Origin: Gammaproteobacteria bacterium
GTDB taxonomy: Bacteria > Pseudomonadota > Gammaproteobacteria > PS1 > Pseudothioglobaceae
Length of the DNA stretch: 64,000 bases
Reading direction: 5' to 3'
Assembly: GCA_029243595.1 (NCBI GenBank)
Contig: JAQWRQ010000028.1
Location: 40,321 to 104,320, forward strand
Shown here one piece after another: positions 28,425 through 38,649 of the stretch; the stretch's first letter is position 1; every line of letters starts with the position of its first letter. A program made the translations under genes and the position numbers. The notes below the pieces were generated by a model. It had not been told where the DNA came from and searched no databases. It saw only the letters and a list, made by a program, of their open reading frames with translations.

Positions 28425-28945
28425 CGGATGTATTTTCCTTTATAGCGGTCACAGCCTTTGTCGTTCTTATCAACTACTGCGCACAACTCTTTAAAATCAC
28501 CGTGTAAAAAACTGTCTTTGGTAATTTTAACAACTGCATTCCATCGGCCTTTTAACGGCAAGCTGATTTGCGCTATATACAAAGATCCATCAAATTTCAT
28601 TGGGGCAGAAAACCGATGCTTGGGGCCTACTGAGCGCTCAAAATCAATAATAACCTTGGCATTCTTTAATACTTGATCGTGCTGTGAAATATTGACTTTA
28701 TAAGTTTGGTGTGTCTTATATAAAGTCAGATCTGGAACTAAGAAGTCCAATACCCAGCCTTGCTCATCTAACCTCCTCTTGACTGCTAGAACCTCTCCAT
28801 AACGCTCTCCACTTAAATAGGGATCTTCCACCACCATACCTGGATCTGTTTCAACAGCAGTAATAACACGATAAACGGTGGCACCGACTAAAGTTAAAAA
28901 CAGTATCAACATTAACACCATTATTGGGCTTTTTTGAAAAGTCAT
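28421..28945 (-). CDS. ccoH: FixH/CcoH-family protein (cbb3 oxidase maturation)
   Basis: 174 aa with an N-terminal TM helix and then a periplasmic domain. It overlaps the ccoG stop by 4 nt, the typical fixGH arrangement. Confidence 0.65.
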   Translation of the reverse strand: MTFQKSPIMVLMLILFLTLVGATVYRVITAVETDPGMVVEDPYLSGERYGEVLAVKRRLDEQGWVLDFLVPDLTLYKTHQTYKVNISQHDQVLKNAKVIIDFERSVGPKHRFSAPMKFDGSLYIAQISLPLKGRWNAVVKITKDSFLHGDFKELCAVVDKNDKGCDRYKGKYIR

Positions 28946-30357
28946 CGCATACTCTTAGGGGTAAAGAAAGATGACTCATATTTTAGCGTTGCGCCTTTGC
29001 TATTTACCACAAAAACAACATCGCTATTATCGCCAACATCGCGCTCAAAGGCTTTCAAGTAAACATAAATTGATTTCACATTGCCAGAAGGTATGGCAAT
29101 ATTTTTATGTTGTTTCTGTGAAGCTAAATGAGCAATTTCACTTTTAAAATTAACATCAACCCGTATTGGCTGATCAGTCTTATTCATAATTTTCAATTCA
29201 TACTTATTACGAATTGAGCCATCTGAAAGCTGTACAAAAAGCGGCTGCCTGTCATGCAATACTTTAAGATCCATCGGTGCAAGGCTAAACAGGCCAGCGC
29301 CCAATACTGATAAAGCCAACACCAAGATAGTTGAATAAACAACCACTCTAGGGCGCTTATACAAAGCAACAAAAGGTTTTTTAAACTTCATTTCGTAAAG
29401 CGAGGTATAGCGAATCAACCCTGTTGCTTTGCCAACTTTGGTCATGACTGAATCACAAGCATCAATACACAGACCACAGGTAATACAACCATATTCTTGG
29501 CCTTGACGAATATCAACACCTGTTGGGCACACGGCTACACATTGATGGCAATCAATACAATCACCTTGACCTTCTGTGTATTGGCCTTTTTTAAGCTTGC
29601 CGCGCTGCTCTCCACGATAATGATCATAAGTTGGCATGATAGTTTGCTTATCTACCATCGCTCCTTGAATACGTGCATAAGGGCAAATCCATAAACAGGT
29701 TTGTTCGCGCATATGCCCAGCAAAAGTATAAGCACCCAGTGAAATAGCGGCAGTAATACTGAGCGTCGTGCTAGAAGCTGAACCATCAAAATAATCTGAC
29801 CAGGACACGCCAAAATACAACATCCAAGTAACGCCTGATAAAAAAGCAATGGCCAGCCAAACCACATGCTTGCTAATTTTAATTCTGATTTTATTCAAAC
29901 TCCATGGTGCCACTTCTAGTTTTCGACGCTTAACTGGCGCCCCTTCAAAATATTCCTCAACCTTAGTGAACATATCAGTCCAAACCGTTTGAAAACAAAA
30001 GTAACCACAAAATACACGGCCCAATACCGTTGTCATTGCAGCCAGCAGGATGGCCAAGAACAATAAAACCATGGTCAACATCCACAAGTCTTGCGGAAAA
30101 ATAGTGATATCAAACAAGTGATACTGGCGTTTTTCAATATCAAATAAAATGGCTTGCTTCCCATTCCAAAGAATATAAGGGGCAATAAAAAAAGGTAGCC
30201 AGACTAAAGTTCCAAACCATTTAAGCAGTCGAAATTTACCACTCATGCGCTTAGCATGAACCGTTTTCTCGCCTAGGTTTTGCACCCATTGTTCGCCTTC
30301 TGTGTAAAGGCTATCTACTTGAGTGTTGTCTTTACTCACGCTCTGCTCATTCGTCAT
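28942..30357 (-). CDS. ccoG: Cytochrome c oxidase accessory protein CcoG/FixG (4Fe-4S, membrane)
   Basis: 471 aa with several TM helices. Two ferredoxin motifs are present, CIDCHQCVAVCP and CITCGLCIDACD. Confidence 0.85.
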   Translation of the reverse strand: MTNEQSVSKDNTQVDSLYTEGEQWVQNLGEKTVHAKRMSGKFRLLKWFGTLVWLPFFIAPYILWNGKQAILFDIEKRQYHLFDITIFPQDLWMLTMVLLFLAILLAAMTTVLGRVFCGYFCFQTVWTDMFTKVEEYFEGAPVKRRKLEVAPWSLNKIRIKISKHVVWLAIAFLSGVTWMLYFGVSWSDYFDGSASSTTLSITAAISLGAYTFAGHMREQTCLWICPYARIQGAMVDKQTIMPTYDHYRGEQRGKLKKGQYTEGQGDCIDCHQCVAVCPTGVDIRQGQEYGCITCGLCIDACDSVMTKVGKATGLIRYTSLYEMKFKKPFVALYKRPRVVVYSTILVLALSVLGAGLFSLAPMDLKVLHDRQPLFVQLSDGSIRNKYELKIMNKTDQPIRVDVNFKSEIAHLASQKQHKNIAIPSGNVKSIYVYLKAFERDVGDNSDVVFVVNSKGATLKYESSFFTPKSMR

Positions 30358-30463
30358 TAAATAAATTCACAATATCATATCATTAATACACTTACTGATG
30401 CATTGATATAGGTCAATAACACGCCTCTGATATAATGTTCATTTTTTATTTAATGGATTAATC

Positions 30464-31279
30464 ATGAAAGATATTATTGAAGCGGCTTTTGATGACAGAG
30501 CCAACCTCAACCCACAAACAGCCAGTAGCGAGATTAAAGAAGCCGTCGCTGAGGCAATCCATTTATTAGATTCTGGCCAAGCTCGTGTTGCTGAGCAACA
30601 AGCGATTGGCGATTGGACTGTAAACGAATGGCTAAAGAAAGCGGTACTACTATCATTCAGATTAGAAGATAACGTGCCAATGACTGGTGGGTTTACCCAA
30701 TATTATGACAAAGTGCCATCAAAATTTGCAGACCTTACATCAGAAGAATTTAAAGCAACAGGTGTACGTGTAGTACCGCCTGCTAGCGCAAGACGCGGTT
30801 CATACATTGCACAAAATACAGTGCTTATGCCGTCTTACGTTAATATTGGTGCTTATGTTGATTCTGGCACCATGGTCGATACTTGGGCGACCGTTGGCTC
30901 ATGTGCGCAAATCGGCAAAAATGTTCACCTCTCTGGTGGTGTAGGTATTGGTGGCGTATTAGAGCCACTACAGGCTAACCCAACGATTATTGAAGACAAC
31001 TGCTTTATTGGCGCAAGATCAGAAGTGGTTGAAGGTGTGATTGTTGAAGAAGGCTCTGTTATTTCAATGGGTGTTTATATTGGTCAATCAACCAAAATCT
31101 TTAATCGTGAAACTGGCGAAGTAACTTATGGTCGCATCCCAGCAGGCTCTGTTGTGGTTTCAGGTAACTTGCCTTCAAAAGATGGTAGTTATTCACTTTA
31201 CTGTGCAGTTATCGTAAAACAAGTAGATGCTAAAACTCGCTCTAAAACTAGTATCAATGAATTATTAAGAGGTATTTAG
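30464..31279 (+). CDS. dapD: 2,3,4,5-tetrahydropyridine-2,6-dicarboxylate N-succinyltransferase
   Basis: 271 aa. Has hexapeptide-repeat (left-handed beta-helix) segments and is collinear with gammaproteobacterial DapD. Confidence 0.93.
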   Translation: MKDIIEAAFDDRANLNPQTASSEIKEAVAEAIHLLDSGQARVAEQQAIGDWTVNEWLKKAVLLSFRLEDNVPMTGGFTQYYDKVPSKFADLTSEEFKATGVRVVPPASARRGSYIAQNTVLMPSYVNIGAYVDSGTMVDTWATVGSCAQIGKNVHLSGGVGIGGVLEPLQANPTIIEDNCFIGARSEVVEGVIVEEGSVISMGVYIGQSTKIFNRETGEVTYGRIPAGSVVVSGNLPSKDGSYSLYCAVIVKQVDAKTRSKTSINELLRGI

Positions 31280-31294
31280 CTTTCCTCTATAACT

Positions 31295-31323
31295 AAAAAA
31301 CCCGCCTTTCGGCGGGTTTTTTA
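31295..31323. terminator. Bidirectional terminator shared by dapD and the small 71-aa gene
   Basis: aaaaaACCCGCCtttcGGCGGGTtttttt. Confidence 0.85.
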
Positions 31324-31344
31324 TTGAGTTACTATGTTATTTAC

Positions 31345-31560
31345 TTACTTAAACAGTGAGTATAACAAAGCAACAGCAACTAAACCGACTAGGTTTGCAC
31401 CACCAAGCTGCCCTACTATTCCGATAATAGAACCGATAACGTCACCTGGTAAAAACGCAGCTGTCGCACCGAAAATTATCTGAACAACAACAGCTAATGC
31501 AATTAGTGCAACACCAGCAGCCGTCAACTCTTTAATCCAACCTGTTATATTTTTTAACAT
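31345..31560 (-). CDS. Small hydrophobic Gly/Ala/Val-rich protein, 71 aa, two predicted TM segments
   Basis: A strong GAGGGG SD lies 6 nt upstream. The gene has its own flanking spacer (163 bp) and its own terminator. Sequence: MLKNITGWIKELTAAGVALIALAVVVQIIFGATAAFLPGDVIGSIIGIVGQLGGANLVGLVAVALLYSLFK. Confidence 0.55.
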   Translation of the reverse strand: MLKNITGWIKELTAAGVALIALAVVVQIIFGATAAFLPGDVIGSIIGIVGQLGGANLVGLVAVALLYSLFK

Positions 31561-31723
31561 ATTTTCCCCTCTTAGTTATAAAAACCCCAACCTTTGTGGT
31601 CGGTTATTGACTTTTTACTATAAACAGAAAGATTGTCAAGGTTTTTTGATGAAATAATGCAATTTATTTGACAAATATACACTAAAATTTGATAAAAGTT
31701 GCAAATTTACAACAATAAACCCC

Positions 31724-32566
31724 TTACACCGTAAGGGATAACGCAATTCCGATGAAAATCACCATGCCGATGAAATTATTATGCAAAAAAGCTCGAAAAC
31801 AGGCTTTTTTTTCTCTATTTTTGATCATTTTTTGATGATAAATCATTAAAAATGCACTTAAAATTAGTGACATGTCGTAAAAAACGTCTAAATTGAAAAT
31901 TTCAGAAATTTTTAAAAGAACCAATAATAAGCAAATCTGTAAAAATCCAATGATCAATTTATCAAATTTTGCAAACAATACTGCGCTGGATTTCACTCCA
32001 ATTTTCAAATCTTCTTCTCGGTCTGCCATTGCATACATGGTGTCGTAAATTACGGTCCAAATAACCGTTGCTACAAAAACCCACCAAGCGCCATCAGGCA
32101 CGCTACCTTTCGTTGCAGCAAATGCCATCGGCACACTCATGGCAAAAGCCAAGCCCAATACAAACTGAGGCAGATGCATCCAGCGCTTAGTGAATGGGTA
32201 CAGTATTGCCAACCCAGCTGCAACAAATGCCAATTGAATGGTTAGATTATTGGTCATTAACACCAAACCAAAAGCGATTGCCATCAATATAAAGAATAGA
32301 ACTAGAGCAGACTTGGCGCTAACCTCACCTGAGGTGATCGGTCGATGTTGGGTACGCTCAATCAGCTTATCAATTTTCCGATCAGCATAGTCGTTAATCA
32401 CACAACCAGCCGAACGCATAATAGTAACACCCAATACGAAAATAACCAATAGCTTAATATCTGGCAATCCGCCTTGGGCTAAAAATAATGCCCATAAGGC
32501 TGGCCACAATAGCAAGTAAATACCAATGGGCTTGTCAAGGCGCATGAGACGAAAGTAAACATTCAT
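31724..32566 (-). CDS. ubiA: 4-hydroxybenzoate polyprenyltransferase
   Basis: 280 aa polytopic protein. Has the UbiA prenyltransferase motifs NDYADRKID and YAMADREED. Confidence 0.9.
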   Translation of the reverse strand: MNVYFRLMRLDKPIGIYLLLWPALWALFLAQGGLPDIKLLVIFVLGVTIMRSAGCVINDYADRKIDKLIERTQHRPITSGEVSAKSALVLFFILMAIAFGLVLMTNNLTIQLAFVAAGLAILYPFTKRWMHLPQFVLGLAFAMSVPMAFAATKGSVPDGAWWVFVATVIWTVIYDTMYAMADREEDLKIGVKSSAVLFAKFDKLIIGFLQICLLLVLLKISEIFNLDVFYDMSLILSAFLMIYHQKMIKNREKKACFRAFLHNNFIGMVIFIGIALSLTV

Positions 32567-33474
32567 AACTGACTCAAGAAATCCTGTAAATCTTGGGTTA
32601 AAGGTGCTTGTGCTTTTTGAATCTCTCCACTAAGTGGATTGGTAAAGGTTAATTGATGCGCATGCAAAAATAAACGCTTCAAGCCCTTGCTTTTAACTTG
32701 AGCATCAAAAATTGAATCCCCATACTTATCATCACCAGCAATCGGATGATTAACATGCTTAGCGTGTGCACGTATTTGATGGGTTCGGCCTGTCTCGATC
32801 AAAACCTCAACTAATGAAGCGTCAAAATCATCTTGATGAAAATTCTTTAACGGTTGAAAATGACTGATCGCTTCTTTGCCCTTGGCGTCAACCACAGTGC
32901 ATCTTGAGTTTTGATATAGTGGTGCATCGATGGTATGGCGTTTTTTTGACCATGAGCCTTTAACTAAAGCGGTGTAGCGTTTTTCCATTTGATGCTGATT
33001 GAGTTGTTCATGGAGGTTTTTTAAAACACTGCGTTTTTTTGCAATCAGCAAGACGCCTGACGTCGCTCGGTCGAGTCGGTGCACTAATTCAACCGGATCT
33101 TTGTACATGCTACGCAAAGCTTCAATCACACCAATGGTTACACCACTACCACTGTGCACAGCCAAACCACTTGGTTTATTAATAATCAACAGACCATTGT
33201 CTTCATACAAAATACTGTCAGTTAATAACTGCTTAAGATTATCTGACGCTTCAACTTGGCCTGATTCTGACACTCGGATCGGTGGAATTCGCACTACGTC
33301 ATCCAGTTGTAACTTGTACTCTGCTTTTTTTCTGCCTTTGTTTACCCGCACCTCGCCTTTACGAATCACTCGATAAATATGCGACTTCGGCACACCTTTA
33401 AGGTGTTTTAACAAATAGTTATCCAAGCGTTGCCCTTCGGAAAACTCATCAACGGTTTGAAAACTAACACTCAT
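32563..33474 (-). CDS. rluC: 23S rRNA pseudouridine synthase, RluC-like (RluA family with S4 domain)
   Basis: 303 aa. The S4 N-terminus (QRLDNYLLKHLKGVPKSHIYRVIRKGEVRVN) closely parallels E. coli RluC. The catalytic HRLDRATSG motif is present. Confidence 0.8.
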   Translation of the reverse strand: MSVSFQTVDEFSEGQRLDNYLLKHLKGVPKSHIYRVIRKGEVRVNKGRKKAEYKLQLDDVVRIPPIRVSESGQVEASDNLKQLLTDSILYEDNGLLIINKPSGLAVHSGSGVTIGVIEALRSMYKDPVELVHRLDRATSGVLLIAKKRSVLKNLHEQLNQHQMEKRYTALVKGSWSKKRHTIDAPLYQNSRCTVVDAKGKEAISHFQPLKNFHQDDFDASLVEVLIETGRTHQIRAHAKHVNHPIAGDDKYGDSIFDAQVKSKGLKRLFLHAHQLTFTNPLSGEIQKAQAPLTQDLQDFLSQL

Positions 33475-34241
33475 AAAGAAAACAGTTGCTTGAAATTAGC
33501 AGTGGTTGTATCAGCAATATCGTTAATACTGGTGTCTCGTATCTCGGCTAATTTTTCAGCCACATAATACGTATAAGCTGGCGAGTTTGGTTTGCCACGA
33601 TACGGCACTGGTGTCAAATACGGAGAATCAGTTTCTACCAATAGGCGATCAGCGGGTACTTTTTTAGCAACTTCACGTAAGTCAGCTGCACTTTTAAAAG
33701 TAATAATGCCAGAAAACGAAATATAAAAACCTAAGTCTAGCGCCGCTTTAGCGGTCTCCCAATCTTCAGAAAAGCAATGCATTACGCCTGCTTGTGCTTT
33801 TTCCTCTTGCATAATCTTGATGGTGTCAGCTTTGGCATCGCGCGTATGGATAATCATTGGTTTACCTGATTGATTTGAAGCTTTAATATGCCGTCTAAAA
33901 CGATCACGCTGCCAATCAGCCGTATCTTTTTCAATGTGGAAATAATCTAGCCCGGTCTCACCAATGGCTATAATTTTGTCATGATCTGCTAGAATGAGTA
34001 GCTCTTCTACACTTGGGTCTTTGCCTTCTTGTTCGGTTGGATGCACACCGACTGAGGCGTAGATTTGTTGATGCGATTTTGCTAGGGAAAACACATCATC
34101 AAAATGTTCAAGATCAATACAAACGCATAAAAACTCTTCTACCGATAGATCTTTAGCATGGGCAAGCATGCTTTCAATGCTGCCGCCAAACTGATCTAAG
34201 TCAACGCGGTCAATATGACAATGGGAATCGATTATTTTCAT
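33471..34241 (-). CDS. TatD-family metal-dependent hydrolase/DNase
   Basis: 256 aa. N-terminal DSHCH motif and other TatD/YcfH-type motifs (GETGLD, HCF, ETDSPYL) are present. Confidence 0.85.
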   Translation of the reverse strand: MKIIDSHCHIDRVDLDQFGGSIESMLAHAKDLSVEEFLCVCIDLEHFDDVFSLAKSHQQIYASVGVHPTEQEGKDPSVEELLILADHDKIIAIGETGLDYFHIEKDTADWQRDRFRRHIKASNQSGKPMIIHTRDAKADTIKIMQEEKAQAGVMHCFSEDWETAKAALDLGFYISFSGIITFKSAADLREVAKKVPADRLLVETDSPYLTPVPYRGKPNSPAYTYYVAEKLAEIRDTSINDIADTTTANFKQLFSL

Positions 34242-35002
34242 AAGCCCAGTTTTTTCATCCAGCCTCTAGCTTTGCCATCTAGTTTGCCTTTCAACCCTTC
34301 TATTTCACCTTCTAATTGTCGGCGTATACCTTCTTTAATTTCTTTTTCACCTAGTTTTAAACCTTGATTTTCAACTTCATTCTGAATTCTACGCAATGCC
34401 ATCTTCATTAGCTCTACACCCACGAAATTAAGAGGGATGCCTTTCTCTCCGCCAAAGTGACGGACAATCACATCAGGCACATTCACGGTATCTTTAAACC
34501 ATTGTGTATCAATCTTAAGTTGCGTATTGATAAATTGCAAATCCTTAATGATAACTCGAGTCTCAGACTGTTCATTTTTTTCAACATTAGAAGTAGTGGC
34601 ATTCTGGCTAGAATTGTTAGGCTCTTGCTCCAGGTTTTTTAACAGCGCTACCAAATTAACTTGTTTTTCATTTTGCTCCAAGGAGAATAACAAACCGTCA
34701 AACTCTAGGCTATCAACAATAATTAAGTCTTCGTTACTTTCAGTAGAGATAACCACACTTAAATGATTTAAAACAAAGGCATTTTCATTTTTAAAAGCAC
34801 TTGGATTTTTGACTTCAATAAAATCCATGTCAATTTTCCCAACTGACAAATCACTTCTAAACTCAGCAATACTCACCGGTGTTTTAAGTGACTTTTGGGC
34901 GTATGCCTCAATTGCACTTTTGGTTAATCCATCAAAAAATATGATAAAAGCAATAATAGCAATAGTGATTAATAACAATAAATAAGTAAGTATTTTCTTC
35001 AT
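34238..35002 (-). CDS. Membrane-anchored hypothetical protein, possibly a short AsmA/DUF748-like protein
   Basis: 254 aa. N-terminal TM helix LLLLITIAIIAFIIFF is followed by a beta-rich segment that resembles AsmA-family N-termini by eye. The C-terminus is amphipathic and rich in G, K and E. The gene has 4-nt overlaps with its neighbours. Confidence 0.5.
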   Translation of the reverse strand: MKKILTYLLLLITIAIIAFIIFFDGLTKSAIEAYAQKSLKTPVSIAEFRSDLSVGKIDMDFIEVKNPSAFKNENAFVLNHLSVVISTESNEDLIIVDSLEFDGLLFSLEQNEKQVNLVALLKNLEQEPNNSSQNATTSNVEKNEQSETRVIIKDLQFINTQLKIDTQWFKDTVNVPDVIVRHFGGEKGIPLNFVGVELMKMALRRIQNEVENQGLKLGEKEIKEGIRRQLEGEIEGLKGKLDGKARGWMKKLGL

Positions 35003-35004
35003 GA

Positions 35005-35619
35005 TTATCCTAATTGTATTTCCAATAAAAATCGATCGTCTGATACGCCAGGCACATTGATTTTATATGGTGTCATCGACACACCTTGTATATCTTCTTG
35101 TGAGAAGTGATCACCTTTCATCAGTAAGTAACGACCATTATTACACAATAAATGCTTTGTTAGTTTTAATGTTTTATCAACCTCAGCAAAAGCTCTTGAA
35201 GTGATTTGTCCAAAACATGTCTTAGGCTTAAAGTCTTCAACTCGCTCGTTAATCACGCTAAGTTTTTCAAGTTGTAGTTGTGTTTTTACAAATTGCATAA
35301 ATCGGCATTTTTTACCTACACTATCAAGTACGCTAACAGATAACTCTGGCTTCATAATCGCCAAAACAATACCAGGCAAGCCTGCGCCTGCGCCTACGTC
35401 TAACAACGAATCATCATTAATATATGGCAAAATTGACAAGCTGTCGAGTAAATGTTTTTTAACGCCTAATTGTGGATCGCGAATAGCGCTCAAGTTATAG
35501 GTTTTATTCCACTTGGTCATTAGTTCAAGATAACTTAGCAGTTGATCAGATTGTCGGTCTTCTAATGACAGATCCATTTGCTCAGCACCGCTTAGCAAGG
35601 TTTGTCGAAGGTCGCTCAT
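35005..35619 (-). CDS. rsmG: 16S rRNA (guanine527-N7)-methyltransferase
   Basis: 204 aa. SAM-binding motif [10 protein letters not shown] is present. It lies immediately downstream of mnmG, the conserved gidA-gidB pairing. Confidence 0.9.
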   Translation of the reverse strand: MSDLRQTLLSGAEQMDLSLEDRQSDQLLSYLELMTKWNKTYNLSAIRDPQLGVKKHLLDSLSILPYINDDSLLDVGAGAGLPGIVLAIMKPELSVSVLDSVGKKCRFMQFVKTQLQLEKLSVINERVEDFKPKTCFGQITSRAFAEVDKTLKLTKHLLCNNGRYLLMKGDHFSQEDIQGVSMTPYKINVPGVSDDRFLLEIQLG

Positions 35620-37487
35620 GATGCCACTTTATAAGTTTTCAAATAGACCAATAGAATAGAAATAGAAGCCGGGGTCACGCCCTGAATTCGACTAGCCTGG
35701 CCAATGGTTTCTGGGCGATGAAGGTTTAGCTTTTGCCTTACCTCTGCTGAAAGCGCTTGAATCACATCATAGTCCATTGATTCCGGTAATCGTGTGTTTT
35801 CATTTTTTCGGTATTTTTCAACCTCATCAAGTTGGCGTTTGATATAGCCTTCATATTTCACCTGATTTTCTACTTGCTCAACCAACGATCGGTCTTGCAA
35901 AAAAGGCTGTGCTGATTCAATTTTACTAAGCAGTTGATAATCAACCTTTGGTCGTTTTAATAGCGTTTCTAGATTGTACTCATGATTTAACTTAACACCC
36001 AACACCTCACTTGCTTGTGCATCGTCTGCCTGAACCCAAGTGGTTTTTAAGCGTTGTTTTTCTTTTGTGATTAAATCATATTTTTTCTCAAATGCTTGCC
36101 AACGAGCATCATCAATTAAACCTAATTCTCTGGCTTTGGGTGTTAGGCGCTCGTCAGCATTATCTTCTCTCAGAAGTAAACGGTACTCGGCACGTGATGT
36201 AAACATGCGGTATGGTTCGTTGGTGCCTTTAGTGATAAGGTCATCTACCATTACCCCAATATAACTCTCATCCCGTTTTGGATGCCAAGCTGCTATTTCT
36301 TGCACACTACAAGCGGCATTAACACCTGCCAATAGCCCTTGTGCAGCTGCTTCTTCATAACCGGTGGTACCATTAATTTGCCCAGCAAAATATAAGCCAG
36401 CTATCTTCTTAACCTCAAGCGTTTGCTTGAGGCCACGCGGATCAAAAAAGTCATATTCAATAGCATAGCCAGGGCGAACAATCTGCGCATTTTCAAAGCC
36501 TTTAATCGAACGAATAAAATCAACTTGCACTTCATATGGTAGCGACGTAGACACACCGTTTGGATAAACTTCATTGGTGGTTAACCCTTCAGGCTCTACA
36601 AAGATTTGGTGTGAATCACGCTCAGCAAAACGAACTACTTTGTCTTCAATCGATGGACAATACCGTGGACCGATGCCTTCAATATTGCCTGTATACATAG
36701 GCGAATCTTTCAGGCCTTCGCGAATAAAGTCATGTGTTTTTTCATTGGTATGGGTAATATAACAAGGGATTTGCTGAGGATGGTCTGACGATTTTCCCAT
36801 AAAAGAAAAAGTCGGCAACGGGGTGTCACCTGGCTGTGGCTGCAGTATGCCAAAATCAATCGTACGCCCATCTAACCTTGGTGGTGTGCCAGTTTTTAAT
36901 CTGCCCACACCGAGATCATAAGACCTGAGTGTTTTTGATAAAGGGTTGGATGGCGCATCACCCGCTCGACCGCCTTCAAAATTAGACTGACCGATATGAA
37001 TCACGCCACCCAAAAAAGTACCTGATGTGAGAATAACTTTATCAGCCAAGAAATTTAAACCCATTTGGGTTTTAATCCCCCTGATTACATCATTCTCAAT
37101 AATAAGATCATCAACTGCTTGTTGAAATAAAGACAGGTTTTCTTGATTCTCTAAAATATAACGAATCGCCGCTTTATACAAAACACGGTCTGCTTGCGCT
37201 CTAGTTGCACGTACAGCAGGACCTTTTGAAGCATTTAAAATTCTAAATTGAATGCCTGCCTTATCAATAGCGCTTGCCATTGCGCCGCCCATAGCATCAA
37301 TTTCTTTAACCAAATGGCCTTTACCAATTCCACCAATCGCAGGGTTACAACTCATTTGACCCAATGTTTCAATATTATGCGTAATTAACAACGTGCTCAC
37401 ACCCATGCGTGCAGAAGCCAGGGCGGCTTCTGTACCAGCATGACCACCGCCAATCACAATTACTGAATAGTGCTTATTGATTTGCAT
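35616..37487 (-). CDS. mnmG: tRNA uridine 5-carboxymethylaminomethyl modification enzyme
   Basis: 623 aa. N-terminal FAD fold [14 protein letters not shown] is present. Highly conserved GidA sequence throughout. Confidence 0.95.
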   Translation of the reverse strand: MQINKHYSVIVIGGGHAGTEAALASARMGVSTLLITHNIETLGQMSCNPAIGGIGKGHLVKEIDAMGGAMASAIDKAGIQFRILNASKGPAVRATRAQADRVLYKAAIRYILENQENLSLFQQAVDDLIIENDVIRGIKTQMGLNFLADKVILTSGTFLGGVIHIGQSNFEGGRAGDAPSNPLSKTLRSYDLGVGRLKTGTPPRLDGRTIDFGILQPQPGDTPLPTFSFMGKSSDHPQQIPCYITHTNEKTHDFIREGLKDSPMYTGNIEGIGPRYCPSIEDKVVRFAERDSHQIFVEPEGLTTNEVYPNGVSTSLPYEVQVDFIRSIKGFENAQIVRPGYAIEYDFFDPRGLKQTLEVKKIAGLYFAGQINGTTGYEEAAAQGLLAGVNAACSVQEIAAWHPKRDESYIGVMVDDLITKGTNEPYRMFTSRAEYRLLLREDNADERLTPKARELGLIDDARWQAFEKKYDLITKEKQRLKTTWVQADDAQASEVLGVKLNHEYNLETLLKRPKVDYQLLSKIESAQPFLQDRSLVEQVENQVKYEGYIKRQLDEVEKYRKNENTRLPESMDYDVIQALSAEVRQKLNLHRPETIGQASRIQGVTPASISILLVYLKTYKVAS

Positions 37488-37505
37488 AATTTATTGTATC
37501 ACCTG

Positions 37506-37540
37506 AAAAACGAAAAAGGCCCGCTATAAAAACGAGCCTT
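37506..37540 (-). terminator. Putative terminator after fba
   Basis: Minus strand reads AAGGCTCG-9 nt loop-CGGGCCTT (one mismatch), followed by tttttcgttttt. Confidence 0.5.
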
Positions 37541-37561
37541 TCAAGCTTAATGCTTAGATGC

Positions 37562-38623
37562 TTACTTAATGTTAGCGTCTAACTCACCTGCTGCATATCT
37601 TTGGCTCATTGTATCTAAAGAAGATACTGTGACCTTGTCTGCATTACCTGCAGAACCGAAAGACTCAAAACGCGCTGCACAAATATCAGCCATTGCATTT
37701 GTTGAATCTTTTAAGAACTTACGAGGATCAAAGTTTGATGTGTTTTCAATTAGATGCTTACGTACTGCACCTGTTGAAGCCATACGTAAATCTGTATCAA
37801 TGTTCACTTTACGTACACCATTCTTAATACCTTCTTGGATTTCAGATACTGGCACACCGTAAGTTTGACCCATGTCACCACCGTGTGAGTTAATGATTTC
37901 TAACCAGTCTTGTGGCACTGATGAAGATCCATGCATCACTAAGTGAGTATTTGGTAAACGTTCGTGAATTTCTTTAATACGGTCAATACGTAAAATCTCA
38001 CCATCTGGTTCTTTAGTAAATTTGTAAGCACCATGTGAAGTACCAATTGCGATTGCTAGAGCATCAACATTTGTTGCTTTAACAAAGTCAGCTGCTTCTT
38101 CAACAGAAGTTAATAGCATGTCAAGGTCTAATTTACCTTCAGCACCATGGCCGTCTTCTTCGCCCATCTCGCCCGTTTCAAGCGAACCTAGACAACCCAA
38201 CTCACCTTCAACCGATACACCACCTGCGTGTGCCATTTTCACAACTTCAGCAGTCACTGCAACGTTGTACTCAAATGAAGAAGGTGTTTTACAATCTGCC
38301 TCTAATGAACCGTCCATCATTACTGATGAAAAGCCTGATTGGATTGAACGCAAACATACTGCCGGCTCAGAACCATGATCTTGATGCATTACTACTGGAA
38401 TATGTGGGTACATCTCAGTTGCTGCAATAATTAAATGACGTAAGAACGGCTCGCCTGCATAACCCCTTGCACCAGCAGAACCCTGCATAATAACAGGTGA
38501 GTTAGTTCTATCGGCAGCTTCCATGATTGCATGAACCTGCTCCATGTTGTTAACGTTAAACGCAGGCATTCCATAACCATTTTCTGCTGCGTGATCTAAT
38601 AATTCCCTTAATGAAATTAACAT
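37562..38623 (-). CDS. fba: Class II fructose/sedoheptulose-bisphosphate aldolase (Calvin-cycle CbbA type)
   Basis: 353 aa. Class II aldolase motifs are present (HQDHG, GELGCLG and the HGSSS Zn ligands). It is part of the tkt-gap-pgk-pyk-fba cluster. Confidence 0.93.
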   Translation of the reverse strand: MLISLRELLDHAAENGYGMPAFNVNNMEQVHAIMEAADRTNSPVIMQGSAGARGYAGEPFLRHLIIAATEMYPHIPVVMHQDHGSEPAVCLRSIQSGFSSVMMDGSLEADCKTPSSFEYNVAVTAEVVKMAHAGGVSVEGELGCLGSLETGEMGEEDGHGAEGKLDLDMLLTSVEEAADFVKATNVDALAIAIGTSHGAYKFTKEPDGEILRIDRIKEIHERLPNTHLVMHGSSSVPQDWLEIINSHGGDMGQTYGVPVSEIQEGIKNGVRKVNIDTDLRMASTGAVRKHLIENTSNFDPRKFLKDSTNAMADICAARFESFGSAGNADKVTVSSLDTMSQRYAAGELDANIK

Positions 38624-38649
38624 ATCTTTCTCCTTTCTTGTTTTACTAT

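Noticed and set aside
28421-30357. ccoG-ccoH without ccoNOQP or ccoIS, considered as an anomalous remnant.
   Set aside because: The oxidase structural genes and ccoIS may simply lie outside this window, so this cannot be judged from 64 kb.
37488-37561. Possible oriC next to mnmG/rsmG.
   Set aside because: Only 74 bp of spacer are available, and most of it is occupied by the putative fba terminator. I saw no cluster of TTATCCACA-like DnaA boxes, no AT-rich 13-mers, and no dnaA, dnaN or parAB genes nearby.
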